64,000 bases of DNA from Octopus vulgaris (Eukaryota). The notes below the pieces were generated by a model, which searched no databases, was not told the origin of the DNA, and was given only the letters and a program-made list of their open reading frames with translations. Every line of letters begins with the position of its first letter. Within the stretch, counting starts at the first letter, position 1. The stretch covers positions 9,176,001-9,240,000 of the forward strand of contig OX597841.1 of the NCBI GenBank assembly GCA_951406725.2, written 5' to 3'. A program made the translations under genes and the position numbers. Below are positions 36,628 through 48,485 of this stretch, piece by piece.

Positions 36628-36828
36628 CAGTGGTTTTCAACCAGGGTTCTGCCAGTACAGTCCAGGGGTTCCGCAAGAAGTTAGAAAACTGCTAAAATCG
36701 GCAGCAATTTTTAATTCTCCTGTGCAGATATGTGTGCATAAGACTATTAAATTATTGCACAGGGGTTCCTCAAGCCAGTGGAGTGTTTCCCTGGGGTTCC
36801 CCTCCAGCAAAACGTTTGAAAAGCACTG
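36628..36828. mobile_element. hAT-type MITE
   Basis: TIRs cagtggttttcaa and ttgaaaagcactg, with 8-bp TSD ccttaatt on both sides. Confidence 0.85.
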
Positions 36829-38290
36829 CCTTAATTCCTAAACTAAAACATTCCTTTATGACTCAGTGGCAAAGTCAGTTCACTTTCTTCCCTTGTTTTA
36901 AAACCGAAATTTTTATTTACTTTTTTACTCATTAAACTGAACAATTACTCTCAATATTCACTAAATAATCATTTTTTTTTTTTTTCCACACTTTTTTCCC
37001 ACTAAAATCCTACCTGATTACCTCCTTTGTAATCCCGAAAGATATCGTGACCATTGGTCCAGCAATGAAGAAGGTTCCGACAGACATAGGGACGGGCGTA
37101 ATATAGTAAGAAGAAGAAGAAGGGAACGACAGTTCTACAATTTGAAATATTGATGTTATTTTTAAAAATCTAAGGATAACTTTTTCCTGTTACGTAAAGT
37201 AAATCGCCCACATTTGCTTTAAAATGAGAGCAAAGGGGCTTCCTTAGAAAGTCAGGATTATTATTTTTGTCATGTCTGTCTCTAACAGATCTTCTGGTTT
37301 GGTTTGCAATTAAACTCATCCCCCTCTCATCCCGTAATTGTTTGGGGTTTTTTTTTCTCTCCCTGTCTATATGTAGGTGAGTATATGAATGGCAGGGTTG
37401 CATTGTCCAAATTCATTCCTTAACACAACAACAAACCTCTTAAGACCATTTCCACCCACCCACCCACCCACTGAAGCAATGTCTACCCTCGACTTTATCT
37501 ATTAATTAATCTCAATTTGTATCCGTTTTTGAAGTAATGTTTTAAAACTTGTAAGCAGCACGGTAATCTCTGTAGTGTTGGTGCATGCTACGAAATGGTT
37601 GGTGTTTGGAAAGAATCTGGCCAGAGAAACCATACAAAAGCAGTCGCTGGGTCATAATGCAGTCCGTGAACCCATTGGATCCTGTCAAAGCATCCAACCC
37701 TTGCCAGCATAGAAGATCTACATTAAAGGATAATGCAAATAGCCGTTTAGCTCCTCTAAAGCAAGAAGCCTGTTCTGCTCTGAACTCTTCTTTCATACTT
37801 TAACCTCTCATCTTCTGTCATAAATTCACCCACCTCCTTAGTATGTGTAATCTCTCTTATTTAAAGGAGGACTTTGATTTGCAAACTCCATTACAAACTC
37901 ACATTCTGCATTATTTTCATTAAAAAAGAAACACAAATGTTCAGCTCTTCTGGATAAGGCTGTAGTTCAGGGAGCATGGCTTTCCCATTCTCTCAACATT
38001 TCAGCGTTTCATTTCTAAACGTATGAGATTCACAATGATTACAAAGAATATTCATATCACCAATGTTATAGCTTTTAGCCATATGTCTACAGATTTCTAT
38101 GACATTCTCTCTCATTTTCAGTTTTAACCACACAACTTTTACTTTCCCCTGCTTCACGTTGTTAACACTTCTCTCTCCTTCTTTTTCTCTCCCTCTTCAA
38201 CTCTCCGTTCAACTAACAAACCTCATGACGGTGTAATGCATGTGACCTTAGCATAATAGTATATAGGTTCTCACTATCTACCTTGTGCTC

Positions 38291-38661
38291 TTTTACTGGT
38301 TTCAGTTATTTGACTGTGGCCATGCTAGAGCACCACCTTTAGTTGAGCAAATCGACCCCAGGACTTATCCTTTGTAAGCCTAGTACTTATTCTATCGGTC
38401 TCTATTGCCAAATCGCTAAGTTACAGGGATGTAAGCACACCAGCATCGGTTGTCAAGCGATGTTGGGGGGACAAACACAGACACACAAACATACACACAC
38501 ACAGAGGTACATATATATGACGGGCTTCTTTCAGTTTCCATCTTTGGTCGACCCCGAGGCTATAGTGGAAGACACTTGCCCAAGGTGCTACGCGGTAGGA
38601 CTGAACCCGGAACCATGTGGTTCGTAAGCAAGCTACTTACCACACAGCCACTCCTACGCCT
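38291..38661 (-). mobile_element. tRNA-derived SINE, family A
   Basis: Homologous to the other family A copies. Confidence 0.85.
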
Positions 38662-38991
38662 ACTTGTGATCCTTTTTTTCCCTGCATTTATCGTTCTTTC
38701 ATTTCTCAGTAAAACTGTTAAGAATTAATATCAATTAATAAGTTCAATTAGAAAAATCCCTGGTTTGCTCAGCGGAAAAAGAAGGAAATACAGTGAACAA
38801 CCTGTCTTGCTCTTCTTATTTGCTTTGATCAGGGAGTGTAAAAAGAAAAACAAAGGAGCAGATGGTCAAAGTGGGAAAAGCAAGGAAAAGTAGAACATTT
38901 TCTGTCACTGTTACATTTGAAATTTTGAAATTAAGTAAAAAAAATTCAAATTTGATGTAATTTTTCAGGTTAAACCCGATTTTTGTTATTA

Positions 38992-41900
38992 ATTTGTTCA
39001 AAAGTTACAAAGGTTTGAAGTTTATTATTGTTTACCCAGTCAGAAATCAGGATTTCGAAGCTCTGCCTGATAGCTATCTTATTCATTTGTTCAAAAGTTA
39101 CAAAGGTTTCAAGTTTGCTATTGTTTACCCAGTCAGAAATCAGGATTTCGAAGCTCTGCATGATAGCTATCTTATTCATTTGTTCAAAAGTTACAAAGGT
39201 TTGAAGTTTGCTATTGTTTACCCAGTCAGAAATCAGGATTTCGAAGCTCTGCATGATAGCTATCTTATTCATTTGTTCAAAAGTTACAAAGGTTTCAAGT
39301 TTGCTATTGTTTACCCAGTCAGAAATCAGGATTTCGAAGCTCTGCATGATAGCTATCTTATTCATTTGTTCAAAAGTTACAAAGGTTTCAAGTTTGCTAT
39401 TGTTTACCCAGTCAGAAATCAGGATTTCGAAGCTCTGCATGATAGCTATCTTATTCATTTGTTCAAAAGTTACAAAGGTTTCAAGTTTGCTATTGTTTAC
39501 CCAGTCAGAAATCAGGATTTCGAAGCTCTGCATGATAGCTATCTTATTCATTTGTTCAAAAGTTACAAAGGTTTCAAGTTTGCTATTGTTTACCCAGTCA
39601 GAAATCAGGATTTCGAAGCTCTGCATGATAGCTATCTTATTCATTTGTTCAAAAGTTACAAAGGTTTCAAGTTTGCTATTGTTTACCCAGTCAGAAATCA
39701 GGATTTCGAAGCTCTGCATGATAGCTATCTTATTCATTTGTTCAAAAGTTACAAAGGTTTCAAGTTTGCTATTGTTTACCCAGTCAGAAATCAGGATTTC
39801 GAAGCTCTGCATGATAGCTATCTTATTCATTTGTTCAAAAGTTACAAAGGTTTCAAGTTTGCTATTGTTTACCCAGTCAGAAATCAGGATTTCGAAGCTC
39901 TGCATGATAGCTATCTTATTCATTTGTTCAAAAGTTACAAAGGTTTCAAGTTTGCTATTGTTTACCCAGTCAGAAATCAGGATTTCGAAGCTCTGCATGA
40001 TAGCTATCTTATTCATTTGTTCAAAAGTTACAAAGGTTTCAAGTTTGCTATTGTTTACCCAGTCAGAAATCAGGATTTCGAAGCTCTGCATGATAGCTAT
40101 CTTATTCATTTGTTCAAAAGTTACAAAGGTTTGAAGTTTGCTATTGTTTACCCAGTCAGAAATCAGGATTTCGAAGCTCTGCATGATAGCTATCTTATTC
40201 ATTTGTTCAAAAGTTACAAAGGTTTGAAGTTTGCTATTGTTTACCCAGTCAGAAATCAGGATTTCGAAGCTCTGCATGATAGCTATCTTATTCATTTGTT
40301 CAAAAGTTACAAAGGTTTGAAGTTTGCTATTGTTTACCCAGTCAGAAATCAGGATTTCGAAGCTCTGCATGATAGCTATCTTATTCATTTGTTCAAAAGT
40401 TACAAAGTTTCAAGTTTCAAGTTTGCTATTGTTTACCCAGTCAGAAATCAGGATTTCGAAGCTCTGCATGATAGCTATCTTATTCATTTGTTCAAAAGTT
40501 ACAAAGGTTTCAAGTTTGCTATTGTTTACCCAGTCAGAAATCAGGATTTCGAAGCTCTGCATGATAGCTATCTTATTCATTTGTTCAAAAGTTACAAAGG
40601 TTTGAAGTTTGCTATTGTTTACCCAGTCAGAAATCAGGATTTCGAAGCTCTGCATGATAGCTATCTTATTCATTTGTTCAAAAGTTACAAAGGTTTCAAG
40701 TTTGCTATTGTTTACCCAGTCAGAAATCAGGATTTCGAAGCTCTGCATGATAGCTATCTTATTCATTTGTTCAAAAGTTACAAAGGTTTCAAGTTTGCTA
40801 TTGTTTACCCAGTCAGAAATCAGGATTTCGAAGCTCTGCATGATAGCTATCTTATTCATTTGTTCAAAAGTTACAAAGGTTTCAAGTTTGCTATTGTTTA
40901 CCCAGTCAGAAATCAGGATTTCGAAGCTCTGCATGATAGCTATCTTATTCATTTGTTCAAAAGTTACAAAGGTTTCAAGTTTGCTATTGTTTACCCAGTC
41001 AGAAATCAGGAAAGCTCTCATGATAGATTTCCGAAGTCTGCATGATAGCATATACTATCTTATTCATTTGTTCAAAAGTTACAAAGGTTTGAAGTTTGCT
41101 ATTGTTTACCCAGTCAGAAATCAGGATTTCGAAGCTCTGCATGATAGCTATCTTATTCATTTGTTCAAAAGTTACAAAGGTTTAAGTTTGCTATTGTTTA
41201 CCCAGTCAGAAATCAGGATTTCGAAGCTCTGCATGATAGCTATCTTATTCATTTGTTCAAAAGTTACAAAGGTTTCAAGTTTGCTATTGTTTACCCAGTC
41301 AGAAATCAGGATTTCGAAGCTCTGCATGATAGCTATCTTATTCATTTGTTCAAAAGTTACAAAGGTTTCAAGTTTGCTATTGTTTACCCAGTCAGAAATC
41401 AGGATTTCGAAGCTCTGCATGATAGCTATCTTATTCATTTGTTCAAAAGTTACAAAGGTTTCAAGTTTGCTATTGTTTACCCAGTCAGAAATCAGGATTT
41501 CGAAGCTCTGCATGATAGCTATCTTATTCATTTGTTCAAAAGTTACAAAGGTTTCAAGTTTGCTATTGTTTACCCAGTCAGAAATCAGGATTTCGAAGCT
41601 CTGCATGATAGCTATCTTATTCATTTGTTCAAAAGTTACAAAGGTTTCAAGTTTGCTATTGTTTACCCAGTCAGAAATCAGGATTTCGAAGCTCTGCATG
41701 ATAGCTATCTTATTCATTTGTTCAAAAGTTACAAAGGTTTCAAGTTTGCTATTGTTTACCCAGTCAGAAATCAGGATTTCGAAGCTCTGCATGATAGCTA
41801 TCTTATTCATTTGTTCAAAAGTTACAAAGGTTTCAAGTTTGCTATTGTTTACCCAGTCAGAAATCAGGATTTCAGCTCTGCATGATAGCTATCTTATTCA

Positions 41901-42726
41901 TTTGTTCAAAAGTTACAAAGGAAGTTTGCTATTGTTTACCCAGTCAGAAATCAGGATTTCGAAGCTCTGCATGATAGCTATCTTATTCATTTGTTCAAAA
42001 GTTACAAAGGTTTGAAGTTTGCTATCGTTTACCCAGTCAGAAATCAGGATTTCGAAGCTCTGCATGATAGCTATCTTATTCATTTGTTCAAAAGTTACAA
42101 AGGTTTCAAGTTTGCTATTGTTTACCCAGTCAGAAATCAGGATTTCGAAGCTCTGCATGATAGCTATCTTATTCATTTGTTCAAAGGTTACAAAGGTTTG
42201 AAGTTTGCTATTGTTTACCCAGTCAGAAATCAGGATTTCGAAGCTCTGCATGATAGCTATCTTATTCATTTGTTCAAAAGTTACAAAGGTTTCAAGTTTG
42301 CTATTGTTTACCCAGTCAGAAATCAGGATTTCGAAGCTCTGCATGATAGCTATCTTATTCATTTGTTCAAAAGTTACAAAGGTTTGAAGTTTGCTATTGT
42401 TTACCCAGTCAGAAATCAGGATTTCGAAGCTCTGCATGATAGCTATCTTATTCATTTGTTCAAAAGTTACAAAGGTTTGAAGTTTGCTATTGTTTACCCA
42501 GTCAGAAATCAGGATTTCGAAGCTCTGCATGATAGCTATCTTATTCATTTGTTCAAAAGTTACAAAGGTTTCAAGTTTGCTATTGTTTACCCAGTCAGAA
42601 ATCAGGATTTCGAAGCTCTGCATGATAGCTATCTTATTCATTTGTTCAAAAGTTACAAAGGTTTGAAGTTTGCTATTGTTTACCCAGTCAGAAATCAGGA
42701 TTTCGAAGCTCTGCATGATAGCTATC
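38992..42726. repeat. Tandem satellite, 93-bp monomer, about 40 copies
   Basis: Unit tttgttcaaaagttacaaaggttt(c/g)aagtttgctattgtttacccagtcagaaatcaggatttcgaagctctgcatgatagctatcttattca repeated nearly perfectly. Confidence 0.98.
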
Positions 42727-42834
42727 ACAAAATGAATGCATAAACATGAGGATGACAAAAATAGTAAGAAGTTTTCAAGTTTTAATAAGTCTTAATAGAT
42801 AAAGGGATGTGAAAGGGTCAAATAAGCATGGAAA

Positions 42835-43206
42835 TCTCTCTCTATATAAAGCTGAAGTTGTCTGTGTGTGGCAGGTTTGGTAGCCTTCAACTAACACTAT
42901 CTCCTCCGAGACCCTGCGGCGCAAGTTGGCCAAAATTGAGAGCATGATAGAAGAAGGCTTGCTCTTCAATACGTAGAAGAAAAAATTCAAACCGGACCAT
43001 GTTAACACCAAAAATTATTTACATTAAAAAAGTGCATTTTTTTTCTATGAAAATCCCTTTTTTTTACGATTTTTCGGTGTATTTCAACCAGAAAAAATGT
43101 TCACTTAAAAAGAATAACAAGCTACATAATGCAAAATATTTACTTTTCAAAAATTCCAATTCTAAGGGTCGAAACAAACCCGAGCAACGCCGGGCGATAG
43201 TGCTAA
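42835..43206 (+). mobile_element. Non-autonomous Helitron
   Basis: 5' end A|TCTCTCTCTATATAAA. 3' hairpin cccgagcaacgccggg followed by CTAA|T. Confidence 0.75.
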
Positions 43207-43320
43207 TAATTTTAAAAGCAGTAAAATATATGCAACGAAATTATTTTGTGAGACATAACAAAAAAAAAAAAGCATTAGGAGTTAGAGCTTGATTTGTCAT
43301 GAAAGTAATTACTTAATCAA

Positions 43321-43551
43321 GGCAACGAGCTGGCAGGACCATTAGCACACCGGGCGAAATGCGTAGCTGTATTTCGTTTGCCGTTACGTTCTGAGTTCAA
43401 ATTCCGATGAGGTCGACTTTGCCTTCCATCCTTTCGGGGGTCGATAAATTAAGTACCAGTTACACACTGGGGTCTATATAATCAAATTAATCCGTTTGTC
43501 TGTCCTTGTTTGTTCCCTCTATGTTTAGCCCCTTGTGGGCAATAAAGAAAT
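43321..43551 (+). mobile_element. tRNA-derived SINE, family B, with 18-bp TSD (other copies 43920-44320, 50745-50972 minus, 57850-58030, 58070-58490, 60230-60390, 63335-63500)
   Basis: A box gagctggcagga and B box gagttcaaattcc. TSD aagtaattacttaatcaa at 43303-43320 and 43552-43569. Confidence 0.88.
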
Positions 43552-43888
43552 AAGTAATTACTTAATCAAAAAAAAACTATGGTCATGAGTTCTATTGGTA
43601 AAATTTTCTTTTGAGGATAACCCACCTGTCTTAAAGGTAAGAACCTGTTTTCTCCTCAGTTTTCCCTTTCTCCATCATGCTTTAAAGGTTAAATTAGTTG
43701 GTTGCAGTCAAACTTGTATTTAGATTGTAAAGGCTCCAGGAAAAAACAGAGTTCAAATTTATGAAAATGAAGTAGTGACCGGAGAGCAACAGGAAGATAC
43801 CTGTTTCTCAAAAAATCACAGGTGAGAATGAGGTACGAATGTCTAGTCACTCATCATAAGAAAAAAGAAAGAAAAAAAAAAGGAAAGC

Positions 43889-44700
43889 AGGTGCAAGGAT
43901 GGTTGTGTGGTAAGAAGACTGCGGCAGCAGAAACGTTAGCACGTGGGGCGAAATGCTAAGAGGTATTTCGTCTGCCGCTACATTCTGAGTTCAAATTCCC
44001 CCAAGGTCGACTTTGCCTTTCATCTTTTTGGGGTTGATTAAATAAGTACCAGTTACGCATTGGGGTCGATGTAATCGACTTAACCTCTTTGTTTGTCCTC
44101 TCCGTGTTTAGCCCCTTGTGGGTAGTAAAGAAATAGGTATTTCATCTGCCATTATGTTCTGAGTTCAAATTCCACCAAGGTCAACTTGCCTTTCATCTTT
44201 TTGGGGTCGATAAATTAAGTACCAGTTACGCACTGGGGTCGATGTAATCGACTTAATCCATTTGTCTGTCCTTGTTTCTCCCCTCTGTTTAGCCCCTTGT
44301 GGGCAATAAAGAAATAAGTAGATTGCTTCCCAACCATATGGATCAGGGTTCAGGCCACAGCTTGGCTTCTTGGGCAAGTGTTTTTTTTACTATAGCCTCA
44401 AGCCAGCTAGAGCCCTGTAAGTGGATTTGGAGACGGATACTGAAAGAAGCACATTGTATATATGGGTGTGTGTGTGTGTGTGTGTGTTTGTTCCCCCTAC
44501 ACACACGCACACTGCTTGCCAACCAGTGCTGGTGTGTTTATGTCCCTGTAACTTAGTGGTTCAGCATGGGAGTTCAATAGAATAAGCACTTGACTTTAAA
44601 AAAAATTATAAATACTGGAGATGATACATTCGACTAAAAATGCTTCTAGGTGGTGCCCCAGCATGGCCGCAGGCTAATGACTAAAACAAGTGAAAGATAA
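43889..44700 (+). mobile_element. Family A SINE interrupted by a tandem family B SINE dimer
   Basis: The A head (43889-43918) resumes at ~44320. The B copies occupy 43920-44135 and 44136-44316. Confidence 0.75.
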
Positions 44701-44994
44701 AAGTTAAATACACATGAAGTGGTTTAAGCAGGTAAAAGGTCATGGAAGCCAGTTAGCCGGTCTGGCAACGATCACGCTCGAATGGTGCACTTTGTGGCTG
44801 TTGATGGGCATGAAGCTTTCTCTTTGTGCTTCCTGCTTGTCTTGCAGTTTTTAAACCTTTTGATCCACCAGTGAATCTCAGCCCCCAACACCTTCAAACC
44901 ACAAAGAATGGACTATTGATCCCCACTCTTCCTTGCGACATATTGCCAGTGGAGCAGTCATTTTTACTCTGTAAAATTAAAAAGAAAACTGGAA

Positions 44995-45520
44995 TACGAG
45001 GTGGTACCCAAAAGTAACCGGAATTGTTTTGTGTGGGACAAGTCCATTGTTTGAAGCCTCTTAATATGACATTCAGTCATGAGTCTACCAACTGGTGTCA
45101 TTGTCTGATGTACAACCACATGGTGCGTTTTTGTTTTACAGTGCTTCTGCCATTTGTCGAGTTTTGTGATGGCTGAAATGAAGGGACAGCGTGCTTCCAT
45201 GAAATCCTGTTTTCTGCTGGGAAAAACAGGGTGAAAACAGCTACCATTCTTCAAACAGCTTTGAAGTATGCTGCCATGTGCAAAACACAAGTTTATGAAT
45301 GGTTTTCATGCTTTAGGAATGGTCATTTATTACTTGAAGACCAACGTCATTCAGGGCGACCACTGACCTCCCAAGCAAGCAGAAACATCATGACAATTCA
45401 TGAACTAATCTTGGAGGACTGGTTCAGAACAATCGACAAACCTGTTGATATGACTGGTATGTCCTGGAGCTCCTGCCAATGAATTTTGAGTGAGGAATTG
45501 TGAACGAAAGGAATTGCTGT
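44995..45520 (+). mobile_element. Mariner transposon 5' fragment
   Basis: TA-cgaggtggtacccaaaagtaaccggaat terminus and HTH-region translation KTQVYEWFSCFRNG..LEDQRHSGRP. Confidence 0.8.
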
Positions 45521-46236
45521 GTCTCGATTGCTCTTATAAGATCAACACCAATGACATATTCCTGTTTCCTAATGTTTTTCATTTCATTTTTTCCGTGTTG
45601 GTTTTTATTTTTCATGAAAATATCATTTTACTGAAGACGAAGATTAAAAGTGAAGGGAAACAGAAACTAGAAATTTATGGAGAAATACAAGTAAGTCCTT
45701 TACTCGGGAGAGTGTGGAAGTAATTCCTTGATCGATTCGTTGTATAATAGAACTGTGGAGATGAGGTGAAGTGAGAGGAAAGGGTCAGTAACGTTAATGG
45801 CTGAGGGGCCCTACAGGAAGAGGAAGAGTGAGTTAGGTCAAGTGGGCAGAAGTAGGACCAGCATGGGCCACTTTGGCTTTGAGCAGTGGCAGCAGAAGGA
45901 TGAATGTAGACATGCAGGCTAGAATTGGAATTTGCAGGAGGTTCTAGTAAAAGGTTAAACAGGTAGTGCAAATTTCAGATTTTCCCCAGTCAGACAGTCG
46001 AAAACAAGAGGTAGGTGAATTGTACTTTGTTTTTTAGTATTATAAAATACCCATAGCACCCTTTCTTAAAACATTTTTTTTCGACACAACCCCCTCCCTT
46101 TTCGGCTATGGGGAATACGAATCTGCAAAAAAATTGGCAAAAATCGACATTTCTAAATTACCCCCCCCCCACCTCACCCCCATTTCCTTCATTTTAAACT
46201 TTTTTCAGAATTTTCCCCCTCAAAATATGTGGAAAA

Positions 46237-46336
46237 NNNNNNNNNNNNNNNNNNNNNNNNNNNNNNNNNNNNNNNNNNNNNNNNNNNNNNNNNNNNNNNN
46301 NNNNNNNNNNNNNNNNNNNNNNNNNNNNNNNNNNNN
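46237..46336. other. Assembly gap
   Basis: Run of 100 N. Confidence 1.
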
Positions 46337-46540
46337 AGCCACTCCTATGCCTATTCATAAATGTACACTAACAATATCATAGTAATTATTGGTTTCAAAT
46401 TTTGGCACAAAACTAGTAATTTCAAGGGAAAGGATAAGTCAATTACATCAACCCCAGTACATAACTGGTACTTACTTTATCAATCATGAAAGGATGGAAG
46501 ACAAAATCCTAGTAATTGTTGTCAAGCCATCAACCTTGTA

Positions 46541-46957
46541 CATCATCATCATCATCATCATCATCTTCGTTTAGTGTCCGCTTTCCATGCTGGCATGGGT
46601 TGGAGGGTTCAACTGGGGTCTGGGAAGCCAGAAGGCTGCACCAGGCCCAGTCTGATCTGGCAGTGTTTCTACAGGTTGATGCCCTTCCTAATGCCAACCA
46701 CTCCGTGAGTGTAGTGGGTGCTTTTTACGTGCCACCGGCACAGGTGCAGACGAGGCTGGCGAGCGGCCACGATTGGATGGTGCTTTTTACGAGCCACCGG
46801 CACGGGGGCCAGGCGAGGCTGGCAACGGCCACGAACGGATGGTGCTTTTTATGTGCCACCAGCACAGGGGCCAGGCGAGGCTGGCAACGGCCACGATTGG
46901 ATGGTGCTTTTTACGAGTAACCGGCACGGGGGCCAGGCGAGGCTGGCAACGGCCACA
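46541..46957 (-). mobile_element. RTE 3' UTR fragment with ~59-bp tandem modules
   Basis: Reverse complement of the 33720-34008 region, with a (CAT)n tail at 46541-46565. Confidence 0.85.
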
Positions 46958-47386
46958 ATCATTATTTAAATGACTTATTCCTTCACAGAAATATGTTAAT
47001 ATTTTAATGGTCTCCTATTTCTTACGCTGGACATCTTGAGAATGGAAGGCCAGTAATTAACAGAGAGCAGCCAGTTCAGTTTTCATCCAAACTGCCAAAA
47101 ATGTTCACATGAGGCCTTATTTCATAGCAACATTAAATACATACAGAAATTACTTCATACATTTATTTCTCCATAATTTGTGCTGTATTGGTTCTCAAAT
47201 AATATAATTAGTAATTCTAATTAATATGGTCAGTAGCCCAGCACCTTTTAAATTCATGCCACCTCACGTCTATGTCTTAATTTCGAATAGCTACTCCGTA
47301 ATATGCTTTAATTGGTTATACAGTCCCCTGGTAACATACAGATATTCAGCTTCAGTAGAATTGCAATTTTTTATTTTATTTATCTG

Positions 47387-47934
47387 GCAGGACAAGTGAG
47401 GCCACAACCCGTGGCCTCTAACTGGGACGTAGTCAGTCCACCTGTGCATACCTTCCTTCTTGGGACACATAACTCTACTTGTGAAGACCTGTTGAGGCTA
47501 GTGAAAATCAAAATCGATCAACATCAATGGAATTTGTAGTTGTGATACCAGTGCCGGTGGCACGTAAGAGAACCATCCGAACGTGGCCATAGCCAGCGCT
47601 GTATCGACTGGCCTCCGTGCCGGTGGCACGTAACAAACACCAGCCGATCGTGGCCGTTGCCAGCCTCACTTGGCCCCCGTGCCGGTGGCACGTAAAAAGC
47701 ACCACCCGAGCATGGCCGTTCGCCAGCTTCATCTGGCATCTGTGTCGGTGGCATGTAAAAAGCACCCACCACACTCACGGAGTGGTTGGCATTAGGAAAG
47801 GCATCCAGCTGTAGAAACACTGCCAGATCTGACTGGCCTGGTGCAGCCTTCGGGCTGCCCAGACCCCTGTTGAACCGTCCAACCCATGCTAGCATGGAAA
47901 GCGGACGTTAAACGGTGATGATGATGATGATGAT
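47387..47934 (+). mobile_element. RTE 3' UTR fragment
   Basis: Begins gcaggacaagtgag (the RTE stop region) and ends in (GAT)n. Confidence 0.85.
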
Positions 47935-48083
47935 TAAACATGTTTCCCAATCACAAGGTTTTGGGTTCAGTTTCACTGCATGGCACTTTGGACAAGTGTC
48001 TTTTACTCTGTACTCTTAGGCTGATCAAACCCTTATGAATGGATTCAGTAGATGGAAACTTTAAAAGCCCATCACATTTAATA

Positions 48084-48115
<32 letters not shown>

Positions 48116-48485
48116 GTTGCAAGAGTGGCTGTGTGGTAAGTAGCTTGCTTACCAAACACATGGTTCCGGGTTCAGTCCCACTGCATGGCACCTTGGACAA
48201 ATGTCTTCTGCTATAGCCTCGGACTGACCAAAGCCTTGTGACAGGCAAAGAAGCCTGTCATATATGTGTGTGTGTTTGTATATATGTTTGTGTGTCTGTG
48301 TTTGTCCCCCCCCCCCATCGTTTGACAACCAATGTTGGTGTGTTTATGTCCCCGTATCAGTTCAGCAAAAGAGACTGATAGAATAAATACTAGGCTTACA
48401 AAGAATAAGTCTTGAAGTCGATTTGTTCAATTAAAGATGGTGCTCCAGCATTGCCACAGTCAAACGGCTAAGACAAATAAAAGAA
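48116..48485 (+). mobile_element. tRNA-derived SINE, family A
   Basis: Head gagtggctgtgtggtaag..gggttcagtccc. Confidence 0.8.

Noticed and set aside
38970-42758. Long repeat-protein ORFs (up to 683 aa) or a CRISPR-like array
   Set aside because: The ORFs arise from a 93-bp monomer that lacks stops. There are no unique spacers, no cas genes, no synonymous divergence pattern, and the context is eukaryotic.
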